Source: a bacterium (lineage in GTDB: Bacteria; Patescibacteriota; Minisyncoccia; UBA6257; GWB1-50-10). Taken from it: 64,000 nucleotides of DNA. Under the pieces are notes generated by a model, which had not been told where the DNA came from, made no database searches, and was given only the letters and a program-made list of their open reading frames with translations. This document shows positions 46,171-55,154 of the stretch, piece after piece. A program made the translations under genes and the position numbers. The stretch lies in contig JAUSKB010000026.1 of NCBI GenBank assembly GCA_030647415.1, positions 10,894 to 74,893 of the forward strand, read 5' to 3'. Each line of letters opens with the position of its first letter. Within the stretch, counting starts at the first letter, position 1.

Positions 46171-46271
46171 GGGGACATTCTACCACTACCGTGGGATCAT
46201 GAATCAAAATGCCCCGACACAAGGTCGGGGCGCAACTTATTAACTTACCAACTTACAAACTTAATAACTTG

Positions 46272-48074
46272 CTACGCATACCCCTTCGCCTGGAGCCTAA
46301 AGAGGTGCGCGTACATCCCGTCCTGCGCGAGGAGCTTTTCATGCGACCCCTCCTCAACGAGCTTGCCGCCATCGAGTACGAGTATCTTCTCTGCCCTCCG
46401 AACGGTCGAGAACCGGTGTGAGATGAGGAGCACCGTCTTATCCGCAGAGAGCTCCGCGAGCTTCTCGAATATCGCCGCCTCCGCCTCCGGGTCAATGGAC
46501 GAGGTCGGCTCATCAAGCACAACAACCTGTGCATCGCGGTAGAAAACCCGCGCGATGGCAAGCTTCTGCCACTGGCCAATGGAGGGTTCCATGCCGCCGG
46601 AGAACTCCTTCCCCAGCGCCTGCCGGTACCCATCATCCCACCGCTCGATAAACGCCGCGGCCTCGCTTGCTCGCGCCGCCGCCTGGACGCGTTCTGGAGA
46701 CTGCGGCAGGTCGGTCTGCCCCATAGCAATCGCCTCGCCGACGCCCATCCGGTAGTTCGAGTACTCTTGAAAGAGCGGCGCGATGAGCCGGTACCATGTG
46801 TTAAGGTCCACATCTTTCAGGTCATATCCGCCCACCGTGATGCGTCCCTCCGTCGGGTCGTAGAACCGGCAGAGCAACTTCACGATGGTCGTCTTCCCCG
46901 CGCCGTTTCGCCCGACAAGCGCTACCTTCTCGCCCGGTGAGATACAAAACGATACGTGCTCAAGTGAAAGTTTCTTGGTGCCGGGGTAGGCGAAGCTCAC
47001 GTTCTCGAATACGATTTCCGGTGTCGAGGATTTCAGGAGCGCAACCGGCTTCGTGGGCTTCGAGAGCACCGGCGGCAAGTCAAGGAATCGAAATATCTCG
47101 GAGACAAAGTAGCTATCCTGGTACTGGCTCGCAAGCGTCGAGAAAAATTGCGAGAGCGACCCGCGAAACTCGCGGGCTGCGCCAACAACGAAGAGAAAAG
47201 TGCCGACTTGGAGTACCCCGTGCACCACGTCGCCAATGAACGCAATCGCAACGAGAACAATACCGATATTCGACAGGAGGAACGCCCCGCTTGCATACCG
47301 GAACCGCCGGCGCTCATTCACCACCTGGTCAGAAATAAACGATCGGTAGAGCCCTCCCAACACGCTAAGAAAGTGGCGGACGTTCTGGTAGAGCTTCAGC
47401 TCCACGATCTTCGACAGTTCGCTAAAATGCTCCTCAAATGAGTTGAAGCGCCGGCGCACCTCCACCTTTCCCTGCCAAATCCCCCAGACACGCCGCCCGT
47501 ATTTCTTTTCCACAATGAACTCCGGTATAGCGCAGACGAGGATTATCGGCAGCGTCCACCACTTGAACGCAACAATGATGACTGCCGCAATCGCCACCTG
47601 GGCGAGCTGTTCCGCGGCGTCGAAGATGCGGTCGAAGAAGTTCAGTAACCGGTACTCGTTCTCACGAACGAGCAGGAAGAGGTTGTGTTGCTTCGGGTCC
47701 TCCCAGTGCGCGATGTCAATCTCCCCCTTCCGCTCAAGCACCAGGAGGTCCGCCTTCTCTTGCGTAAAGTAGCGGAGCATACGAAAAAAGTACGACCGGG
47801 CGCTGAAGAGGATTCGCGGAAGTATGAGCATCGCCACAAACCCGCTCGCAGCCCACCAAAAAAGCGGCGAGAAGTTCTTGATGTTCGCGCTGCCAATGAG
47901 CTCATTCACCAGGAATGCCTGGGACGCGCTCTGGAGAAAGGTGACGACCGATACGCCGATGACGATGCCGATGAGCCCAACGATACGCGCCGGGTACCAC
48001 GCCCACATGAGCCGAAACGACCGGATGGTTGTCTGGAGCAGTGTTTTGGGGGATGTTTTCTTTTCTTTGTCCAT
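46272..48074 (-). CDS. ABC exporter (fused TMD-NBD)
   Basis: GRNGAGKT, SIGQWQK, LDEPT, ISHRFST. Confidence 0.92.
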   Translation of the reverse strand: MDKEKKTSPKTLLQTTIRSFRLMWAWYPARIVGLIGIVIGVSVVTFLQSASQAFLVNELIGSANIKNFSPLFWWAASGFVAMLILPRILFSARSYFFRMLRYFTQEKADLLVLERKGEIDIAHWEDPKQHNLFLLVRENEYRLLNFFDRIFDAAEQLAQVAIAAVIIVAFKWWTLPIILVCAIPEFIVEKKYGRRVWGIWQGKVEVRRRFNSFEEHFSELSKIVELKLYQNVRHFLSVLGGLYRSFISDQVVNERRRFRYASGAFLLSNIGIVLVAIAFIGDVVHGVLQVGTFLFVVGAAREFRGSLSQFFSTLASQYQDSYFVSEIFRFLDLPPVLSKPTKPVALLKSSTPEIVFENVSFAYPGTKKLSLEHVSFCISPGEKVALVGRNGAGKTTIVKLLCRFYDPTEGRITVGGYDLKDVDLNTWYRLIAPLFQEYSNYRMGVGEAIAMGQTDLPQSPERVQAAARASEAAAFIERWDDGYRQALGKEFSGGMEPSIGQWQKLAIARVFYRDAQVVVLDEPTSSIDPEAEAAIFEKLAELSADKTVLLISHRFSTVRRAEKILVLDGGKLVEEGSHEKLLAQDGMYAHLFRLQAKGYA

Positions 48075-48202
48075 AATGAGGTGGCCTTACAATATTTATT
48101 GAATGTTAATATGCATACATATATTATATAGCATAAAATAAACACTGTCAACAAATCGTAACGGTGTCCGGAGGAACACCAAAACATCTTTCGTGAGAAA
48201 TC

Positions 48203-49081
48203 TCACTGTGCGGCCGATTCTTGCCTGCACCCTGCGAGCGCGGCGATGCGGTCCTCGAACTTCGGGAACGTCCGCTCGAGCGCGGAAGTCACAAGAAGAG
48301 AAAGCGCGTGACACTCATTGTACACGTGGCTTTTGTCCAGGTCTCGTCCTGTTTTTTCCGAAAGCTCGCGAAGCCGGTCGGTAATGTGCTCCGCGGTGTC
48401 GGCGATGTCGGCATCCCACACAGCGACGTTCGTGGTCCCATTCGGGTCCGAGCGGCGATTGAACTCCCGCTGGTACACCTGCGCGTAGACCTCGGACCAC
48501 TCCATGAGGTTCATTCGGAACTTAGAGAAGTCAATTGTGTTGTCCGCATCGTCGATGCGGCGGAGCTCGTCGTCGCCGCGGACGAGCGACTGCACAAGGT
48601 TGACGAATTTCGAACGTGCAAATGGTATTGGTCTCCGTTCCAGCGCAGTACCGACAGGAATCACCCGGAACGATTCGGCGTGCGCAACCTCGTGCACGGC
48701 GACCGCGTCGAACGAGTAAATGTCACGCCACACCGGGGTACGCATCCACAGCTCCATCGACGCGTGCATGTCATCCACAGGCACAGCGAACTCATGGACT
48801 CGCTCGAGAAGCACCGCGGAGAGCACCGCAACATCAACCTTCTTATCATTGAGCCCGGCGAGCGGCGTTCGTGTGCCATCTGGATTCAAGACGAACGTGG
48901 TGATTGTCCCGTCGTCCTCCTGTTTTATCTCGTCGCCAAACACGAAACGGAGCGAGTCGAGGAACTCCTGCGAGAAGAGCTTGGTGGCGACGAGACGCTC
49001 CTTTGCCGCCTCCAGGCGAGCGAGGTCCTCTTGGTACCGCTCGCGGTTCCGCTCCTGCTCGTCGGTCTGTTCAAAACTCAT
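48203..49081 (-). CDS. Hypothetical protein with HExxH motif
   Basis: AVHEVAH with downstream EWSE. Confidence 0.6.
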   Translation of the reverse strand: MSFEQTDEQERNRERYQEDLARLEAAKERLVATKLFSQEFLDSLRFVFGDEIKQEDDGTITTFVLNPDGTRTPLAGLNDKKVDVAVLSAVLLERVHEFAVPVDDMHASMELWMRTPVWRDIYSFDAVAVHEVAHAESFRVIPVGTALERRPIPFARSKFVNLVQSLVRGDDELRRIDDADNTIDFSKFRMNLMEWSEVYAQVYQREFNRRSDPNGTTNVAVWDADIADTAEHITDRLRELSEKTGRDLDKSHVYNECHALSLLVTSALERTFPKFEDRIAALAGCRQESAAQ

Positions 49082-49091
49082 TGTGTGCTTA

Positions 49092-49151
49092 TTGTACCAA
49101 GTTAGAACATTTTCCAAAATCGGTAAGAGAAATGATGTCGCGCGCGCGGAG
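49092..49151 (+). repeat. Left arm of inverted repeat
   Basis: TTGTACCAAGTTAGAAC..TTTCCAAAA..ATGATGTCGCGCGCGCGGAG; partner at 51716-51767. Confidence 0.85.
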
Positions 49152-49217
49152 GGGCTGGGGAGGAGTCCGCGCGGGCTTTTATTTTGGGATTTTTGCGGCG
49201 CTACTAAAAACTTCAAC

Positions 49218-49976
49218 CTAATTACTTTTTGCTGTTGCCCAAGCGATGTCAAACAATACTTTCATTGCCTTACTAAACTCCTGACTTTCAATGATGAGGG
49301 CAGAAAGCTCTTTCTCGGAAGAAAAAATCCCGACGATATGGTCATAAATAGTAATAAGCGGCTGATCAAATGTAAGTTTTGAATCTAGATATCGAACTTC
49401 GCGCAACAAGTCTTTGCTTTCGTCGGCTCTAATATACCAATCGTCTTGTACATCTTTTTCCTTTGGACCCCTACGAAGTGACAACACTTTTACTTTATTT
49501 GCTAAACGTTTCTCAATTTGGTTATCAATAAATCTTTTTCCAAAAACTTCGACAACATTCCTGACGAAAGCAAAATCGCGGACGAGCTTCTCTTTTGAAT
49601 CTGCGCGGCCAGCAAATACTCGCTTAATATCTGGTAGGGTTTCATAATATTTCACAACTGGTTTTGCAGAATGTGATCCTGCAATTCCCGCAAGCAATGG
49701 TAACAAATTGTCCAAGGTTGAAATTTTGCTTTTGACAAATTGCTCCAAAGCTCCTACCGGCTCAACTGCATAAAAATATCGTTTTCCCTTAACCACTTTA
49801 TGTGCCAAACCCTTATCGCAAAGTGCCTCTAGAATCTGATACATGGTAGTTCTTTCTAGTTTTGCTTCCTTGGCTATTTGATTCGCATTTGCTTCAACAA
49901 GTCTAAGAAGCGCAACATACGCTGCGACCTCCTTGTCTTTTAGGCCCAGTATTCCTAATGATTTGTATATATCCAT
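49218..49976 (-). CDS. TrmB-family transcriptional regulator
   Basis: GLKDKEVAAYVALL, RTTMYQILEAL, KPVVKYYE, LFDIAW; AT-rich. Confidence 0.88.
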   Translation of the reverse strand: MDIYKSLGILGLKDKEVAAYVALLRLVEANANQIAKEAKLERTTMYQILEALCDKGLAHKVVKGKRYFYAVEPVGALEQFVKSKISTLDNLLPLLAGIAGSHSAKPVVKYYETLPDIKRVFAGRADSKEKLVRDFAFVRNVVEVFGKRFIDNQIEKRLANKVKVLSLRRGPKEKDVQDDWYIRADESKDLLREVRYLDSKLTFDQPLITIYDHIVGIFSSEKELSALIIESQEFSKAMKVLFDIAWATAKSN

Positions 49977-50135
49977 GTTTTGTCTAAGTATTCAGACTTG
50001 AATACTAGCATATTTATTAAATATTGTCCGTTTTTTACACAATTGTCTAAAATCATTAACATTTTTACAAAAATACCATAATCTGTCAATAGACAAATTC
50101 ATTCGTTTAACAATCAAATAGGAGGACATCCAACC

Positions 50136-51593
50136 ATGGCCGTAAAAAAGGTTCAGTTAATCTGCGCTACGGCCAATGTTGGTCGCGGCGCAAATGACGG
50201 GGTTTATTATCCAGCCGGTCTTCTGACAATCGCCAACGCGCTACAAAGCGAGGATGTTGAAGCTGTTGTGGATGACCAACATCACAGTGAAATCGTCATT
50301 CGCAACGACGCCGACATTGTCGGTATTCAAACATCGAGTACATTGTGCCACAAAAATGCTCTCGAGATAGCCCAAGCCGCCAAGAACGCGGGAAAACTTG
50401 TTGTTCTTGGTGGCCCTCATGCAACTGCTCTGCCAGGACAAATTCTCCGGAACCGTCCCGAGATTGATTTTGTTATCCGCGGCAAAGGCGAACAACCACT
50501 GGTTGAACTTGTTCACGCTCTTGAAGGAAAGGGATCTTTAGGTAGCGTCCCTTCCTTGAGTTGGCGAAAAAAAGAACAAGTAGTTCACAATCCAGGTGAT
50601 TCAAAGGTGTGGCGTTACGACAAGTATGTACCGCTACCACTCGAGACACTGTCATGTGGCGTTGGTCGTTACTGGGAAGCGTATCACAAGGTGATCAACC
50701 CACAAACTGATTACTCGTTCTTGATCTTCACGCATTTCGTTTGCGGTTTTCGTGAGCGTCGTGTGGGGCGTATTGAGCCGGGTAATCCCTTTCCTGTTCG
50801 TTCAGAACTCACGGGTGAGCCGAAATTCTGCTCATTCTGTGCACTCCAGGATGTTGCTGGCCCACGCTTATCAAAAGATATCTTGGCAGAACTTCGAGCG
50901 TATCTTGACACTTGGAATATACCGAAGGGTTCTCGTGTCGCACTCAAGTGTTATGGTGACAACATTGGACCACAGGGAAAACTCGTTGCTGATCTGGTTC
51001 GAAAAATCGGTGGGTGTGCGTGGTGGAACGACTACCACTTCTCGTGGACGTTCTATTGTCAGTCGTCCTATCTAAGCAAAAAGCTCGCCGAAGATCTTGC
51101 TCGGATTGGAACCGATTGTCTTTTCATCGGTTTCGATTCGATCAACGACGAAGTGCAGCGGCTAAATGCTTTAGGGACAAGCCGATTGACTCACAACAAG
51201 GCGGTAGAACTGTGCAAGCGGCACGGTATTCGCATTCAAGCCGCGTCAGTCCTGGGACTAATTGGGGAAAACCCTGATTCACTAGAAGAAAACTATCAGT
51301 ATTATCGGGGGCTTCTGGAAGAGGGGGTGCTAGAGCGTATCAACTCTGCGATCCTCTTTATCATTCCAGGTACGGCGGCTTACGAGATGCTTGTCGGACG
51401 TGAGGTATGGATCGGCAATCTCGATCTTCTGCCCACAGACAAAATTCGAGAAGCGTGGATCAAACACTTCTGTCCTCATGTGAACCTCGAACTGTTGCGC
51501 GAGTATGCAGAAAAAATCGATGATCTATCTCCCGGACCCCATGCAAGCATGGGATATGAGAGTAGTCGTTTCAAGTCGCGCAAAACCTTCTAA
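50136..51593 (+). CDS. B12-binding-domain radical SAM protein
   Basis: YPAGLLTIA, VVLGGPHAT, GKGE, C-x28-CSFC, LFIGFDS, IPGT. Confidence 0.85.
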   Translation: MAVKKVQLICATANVGRGANDGVYYPAGLLTIANALQSEDVEAVVDDQHHSEIVIRNDADIVGIQTSSTLCHKNALEIAQAAKNAGKLVVLGGPHATALPGQILRNRPEIDFVIRGKGEQPLVELVHALEGKGSLGSVPSLSWRKKEQVVHNPGDSKVWRYDKYVPLPLETLSCGVGRYWEAYHKVINPQTDYSFLIFTHFVCGFRERRVGRIEPGNPFPVRSELTGEPKFCSFCALQDVAGPRLSKDILAELRAYLDTWNIPKGSRVALKCYGDNIGPQGKLVADLVRKIGGCAWWNDYHFSWTFYCQSSYLSKKLAEDLARIGTDCLFIGFDSINDEVQRLNALGTSRLTHNKAVELCKRHGIRIQAASVLGLIGENPDSLEENYQYYRGLLEEGVLERINSAILFIIPGTAAYEMLVGREVWIGNLDLLPTDKIREAWIKHFCPHVNLELLREYAEKIDDLSPGPHASMGYESSRFKSRKTF

Positions 51594-51595
51594 TG

Positions 51596-51640
51596 AAAGC
51601 GGGAGTATTAGGACAACCTAGTATTCCCGCTTTTTCTTTT
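51596..51640 (+). terminator. Rho-independent terminator
   Basis: AAAGCGGGAGTATTAGG-ACAA-CCTAGTATTCCCGCTTT-TT. Confidence 0.8.
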
Positions 51641-51715
51641 TGGTGTTGCCGAGTGAAGCGAGGTGGCGGCGGGGCGATTATCGGAGCGTACGATTTAGTT
51701 TCAAGCCACCACACG

Positions 51716-51767
51716 CTCCGCGCGTGCGACATCATCTGTTTTGGAAATAGGTTCTAACTTGGTACAA
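51716..51767 (-). repeat. Right arm of inverted repeat
   Basis: Reverse complement TTGTACCAAGTTAGAACCTATTTCCAAAACAGATGATGTCGCACGCGCGGAG. Confidence 0.85.
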
Positions 51768-51797
51768 ATAAACCCTCATTGCAAAATCCACTACCGC

Positions 51798-52292
51798 GCC
51801 CTCATGAGATCGCCTGCCTCGCCTCTCGTCGTCCCGCCATGGCGGGACTCCTCGGGCCCTTCGGTCTTGAGACCTCAGGGTCGAAAGACTGGCCACCAGC
51901 TCGCGGTTCCATCTGCTGATGGAACATCGCTCCGCTGTTCGACTCCTCAACGCGTGTGAAGCGGTTCACACGCTTTCGGGCACAAATTTGCCTTCAACTC
52001 AAAAGGGTGCCGTCGCGCCCTCTTGGCCTAGGCACCGGCTCGCGTCCCGACCTGCTGGTCGGGACATGCTCCGCCGCACAAAATGGGACGCGAGACGCGC
52101 AGGCGTCTCGCTCATCCCGCCAGTAGCGGGATTCCATTTTGTGCCCTCATGAGGAATCTCACTGCTCGCCCCTCGACAGGCTCGGGACTGCGCTCACGAA
52201 CCCAGCGGTTCGTGTACTCCCTGCCTACCGCAGGCAGGCGCCACGGGAAAACTCCCGTTTTCCCGACCCCTTTCCCGTTCGACTCCTCATGA
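51798..52292. repeat. Region of partial tRNA-Arg 3'-end copies mixed with REP-like palindromes
   Basis: GCCCTCATGAG 51798, GTTCGACTCCTCA 51937, GTGCCCTCATGAGGA 52141, GTTCGACTCCTCATGA 52277. Confidence 0.75.
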
Positions 52293-52302
52293 AAACATCT
52301 AG

Positions 52303-52341
52303 GTAGCAGAACGAGCACCATGGTGGTGCTCGTTCTGCTAC
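52303..52341 (-). terminator. 18-bp hairpin immediately 3' of tRNA
   Basis: GTAGCAGAACGAGCACCA-TGG-TGGTGCTCGTTCTGCTAC. Confidence 0.6.
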
Positions 52342-52416
52342 TGGTGCCCTCATGAGGAGTCGAACCTCAATTTCCGGCTTCGGAGGCCAGCGTCCTATCC
52401 ATTGAACGATGAGGGC
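52342..52416 (-). tRNA. tRNA-Arg(CCG)
   Basis: GCCCTCA TCGTTCAATGGATAGGAC GCTGGC CT CCG AA GCCGG AAAT TGAGG TTCGACT CCTCA TGAGGGC ACCA. Confidence 0.97.
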
Positions 52417-52526
52417 GTGCGCTTGTGTCCTACTGTACCCGTCACAAACTATTTTTTCAAATGTATGTACAAATACAGACCGGTTGTCTTATTTTATACA
52501 TTATGCGTCCGAGTCATAAATACACC

Positions 52527-52548
52527 ATAATCGACGGCTGTCGATTAT
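52527..52548. promoter_or_regulatory. GACGGCnGTC palindrome downstream of Cas2-like gene copy 1
   Basis: ATAATCGACGGCTGTCGATTAT. Confidence 0.7.
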
Positions 52549-52579
52549 CGTATATTCTCACTGAACACACTTCCCACCC

Positions 52580-53233
52580 TCACCTAGTGCGTACCTTCGT
52601 GCGGTCTTTGAGCGTCCCCTCCTTCCCCACCTCAAAGATCTCCATGTGGTGCAGTATGCGGAGGTCGCGAGCGTCCTTCAAAAAACGCTTCGGTAGTGGC
52701 CTCGTGCCGAGCCAGACGCTCTGGTGTAATTTCCGGTACTCGTTCCTGACGAGCACGGCGCGGACCCAATCGCGCTTCCATCGCTCCCGCTCAGGGATGT
52801 CGTAGGAGACAATGGTGATAGCGGCACGGCCGGGCTCGAGAACATACCGGCGGGGGTTGGGGATGTTCGGGCGAGCGGCGCGCTCCCGCTGTTCCCGCAA
52901 CCCTCGGGCCGTGAGTTGCACCCGGGCTGTCCCGCCGCGGCCGTAGCGCTCCACCAGGCCGTCGCGGACGAGATCGGAGACTGTTCGATAGTAGCGGAGG
53001 CGGGCCAAGAGTTTCTCATCCCGACTGGCCGCTCGCGCCGCGAACTTCCGCTCGTGCTTCGCGGCCGCCAGCCCATACCCCAGTTGCGGATGCATGTGCA
53101 TGGGAGCCGGCACGCTCGGGTCGGTCGTGGCGGAGTAGATTTCATCCCAGAGGTCAGCCACAATCCACTCCGTGCCAGCCAAGCCACTTAGTACCTTTGT
53201 TCTAAGCGAGTTCCACCGCGCGGCGTTTCCCAT
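52580..53233 (-). CDS. PaaX-like protein (wHTH plus Cas2-like domain), copy 1
   Basis: LVRDGLVE...LTARG, IVSYDIPERERWKRDWVR, YRKLHQSVW. Confidence 0.8.
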   Translation of the reverse strand: MGNAARWNSLRTKVLSGLAGTEWIVADLWDEIYSATTDPSVPAPMHMHPQLGYGLAAAKHERKFAARAASRDEKLLARLRYYRTVSDLVRDGLVERYGRGGTARVQLTARGLREQRERAARPNIPNPRRYVLEPGRAAITIVSYDIPERERWKRDWVRAVLVRNEYRKLHQSVWLGTRPLPKRFLKDARDLRILHHMEIFEVGKEGTLKDRTKVRTR

Positions 53234-53241
53234 GGCAAAAT

Positions 53242-53275
53242 TATACCATAATGGACGGCCGTCTATTACGGTATA
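53242..53275. promoter_or_regulatory. Palindromic operator overlapping extended -10 of copy 1
   Basis: TATACCATAATGGACGGCCGTCTATTACGGTATA; minus strand TGGTATAAT 6 nt before ATG. Confidence 0.75.
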
Positions 53276-53370
53276 TTTGAGAACACTACAGGTTGCTTTC
53301 GTGCGAAAAAGCTGCACTTGTGGTAGGCGCAATTCTTTATGCTACATCTCGTCCAAACTGAAACAATCGG

Positions 53371-54744
53371 TCAACCTCGGTCGGAAAATCCAGCAAAGTC
53401 CGGTATGGGCTTCGGAAGCCCCACGGGGGCGCGAATACCGATGCAGAGCCCAATGGCGACCCAGAGGAGCAGGCGACCGGCTTGGAGATCCCAGAGAAAG
53501 TGGTCGAAAAGACCAAAGACGAGGAGTGAAAAGAGAACGAGCGCGGCGACACGGTTCGTGAATGGGTCGTCCGGTGATTTTCGAACCGCAAACACCCAGA
53601 GGAGGAATATAAAGAAAATGACCAGTCCGGCGACACCAAGCTCCGCGCCCACCATGAGGTACAGGTTGTGGATGGGCTGCCACTCCCAGGGATTCGTGAG
53701 CCCGCGCAACTGGTAGCGCCTGTCCGCCACACCCTCGATGAGTTGATTCCCAATGCCCACGCCGAATGGGCGCTCGAGAATCGTCTTGACCCCCACCTGG
53801 TCGTAAATCCACCGATGCGCCACGGACGGCTCCGTGGCGGAGAGATCCGCACGCGGCGCGATGGCCCATCCGAGGCCCGCCCAGACAATCCCGGTAGTCA
53901 ACACCAGTACGCCCGCGAATACGGCAATCCCGCGCCGCATCGCCCGTACGGTGATGCCCATGATAAGGAGCCCGACGATGCCGACCGCCGCCACAATCCA
54001 TCCGGAACGCGAAAAGGTGACGACGAGGCCGGCCGCGACGGCAAGGAATCCTGCCCCAGAAAGCGCCGCGCGGCCCCAGCGGCGCTCCGACGCGTTCCAT
54101 ACAATCGAGGCCGCGAGCGCAATGAGCCCCGTAATCAGAAATGCCGCGAGTATATTCGCATGGGGGAGCGTGCCGTACGCGCGAAGGTGCCGCGCGCCCT
54201 CGATGACGACCCGTGCGACGTTCTTCGTCGTCTCCCCGACCACCGATTCGCCAAGGAACGCGAGACCGAGGCTCCGACCCCGGTAGAACTGCGCGAGACC
54301 GATGAGCGCCTGGACCACCGCGCTCGCGCCGAACGCACCGAGCGCCGTGCGGAGCGGCAGGTACCGTGCGACGATGAAGCTTGCGACCGCCATCATCGCC
54401 ACAACTCCAACGAAGAGCCGAAACCAAACGTAGGTGCCGAGCGGTACCTGCATCGCGAACTCGATTGACCAGAGCGCGACGACAAGAAGGAGTATTGCAC
54501 CCCAACTACGCCGAAACGTCTCTCCAAGGAATCGTGACGCAGTAAACGCCGCGAGCACCAAGAGTCCAAGCGTAAAGAGGTCTGTCGCGTAAAGGAAGGC
54601 CGAGGCATACTCCCCCACATAGGCGTTCGTGAACGGGAAGGCGAACGGGAAAAGGAACTTCTTCGTCCCGAAGGGTAGGGCGAATATGAAGAGCACCCCG
54701 ACCCACCGGAGAATTCTTTCCTTCACCACAAGCGAGTTCGCCAT
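53371..54744 (-). CDS. O-antigen ligase (WaaL/Wzy_C)-family membrane protein
   Basis: RAYGTLPHANILA, TFSRSGW, PFGVGIG, PIHNLYL. Confidence 0.88.
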   Translation of the reverse strand: MANSLVVKERILRWVGVLFIFALPFGTKKFLFPFAFPFTNAYVGEYASAFLYATDLFTLGLLVLAAFTASRFLGETFRRSWGAILLLVVALWSIEFAMQVPLGTYVWFRLFVGVVAMMAVASFIVARYLPLRTALGAFGASAVVQALIGLAQFYRGRSLGLAFLGESVVGETTKNVARVVIEGARHLRAYGTLPHANILAAFLITGLIALAASIVWNASERRWGRAALSGAGFLAVAAGLVVTFSRSGWIVAAVGIVGLLIMGITVRAMRRGIAVFAGVLVLTTGIVWAGLGWAIAPRADLSATEPSVAHRWIYDQVGVKTILERPFGVGIGNQLIEGVADRRYQLRGLTNPWEWQPIHNLYLMVGAELGVAGLVIFFIFLLWVFAVRKSPDDPFTNRVAALVLFSLLVFGLFDHFLWDLQAGRLLLWVAIGLCIGIRAPVGLPKPIPDFAGFSDRG

Positions 54745-54812
54745 ACGTTTTCATTCTCGCCGAAATGGGGCTTGTGAGCAATTCATTACACCCATGCGGG
54801 GGCGGGGACAAA

Positions 54813-54847
54813 AAACCAGCCCCGCCGAGGCGGGGCTGGTTTTTTTC
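54813..54847. terminator. Bidirectional terminator
   Basis: AAAACCAGCCCCGCC-GA-GGCGGGGCTGGTTTT. Confidence 0.75.
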
Positions 54848-54861
54848 TGACGATTGTCGGG

Positions 54862-55059
54862 TTAGGCGCGTGTCACGTTGGTCGCGTTCGGGCCCTTCTC
54901 GGTCTGTCCGATCTCGAACGAGAGCTCGTCGCCCTCATTCAGCTCTTCGAAGGTGACGCCCTGGAGGTCCTTCGTGTGGAAAAAGAGGTCCGCCTCACCC
55001 TCGCGGGCGATGAACCCAAATTTCCGCTCCTTGACGAGTTTCTTGATTTTGCCGGTCAT
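54862..55059 (-). CDS. Cold-shock protein
   Basis: KFGFI (RNP1), LFFH (RNP2), KGPNATNV. Confidence 0.93.
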   Translation of the reverse strand: MTGKIKKLVKERKFGFIAREGEADLFFHTKDLQGVTFEELNEGDELSFEIGQTEKGPNATNVTRA

Positions 55060-55154
55060 AGAAGTGTGTGCTGCGTACCAGAAACCCGACTACGTCTCTT
55101 GGTTTGAAAACAGTAGCATACCGCTCCGGTTGTGTCAAAAAAACCAGCGTGAAT

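Noticed and set aside
46233-46270. AACTT-based 8-mer run, and similar degenerate runs at about 17474-17502, 44870-44885 and 56745-56800
   Set aside because: Short low-complexity intergenic repeats with no spacer structure; noted but not interpretable
51732-51950. 72-aa ORF ending LYQVRTYFQNR as a recombinase remnant
   Set aside because: Mostly translated palindromic repeats with no catalytic motif; kept only as the inverted-repeat arm
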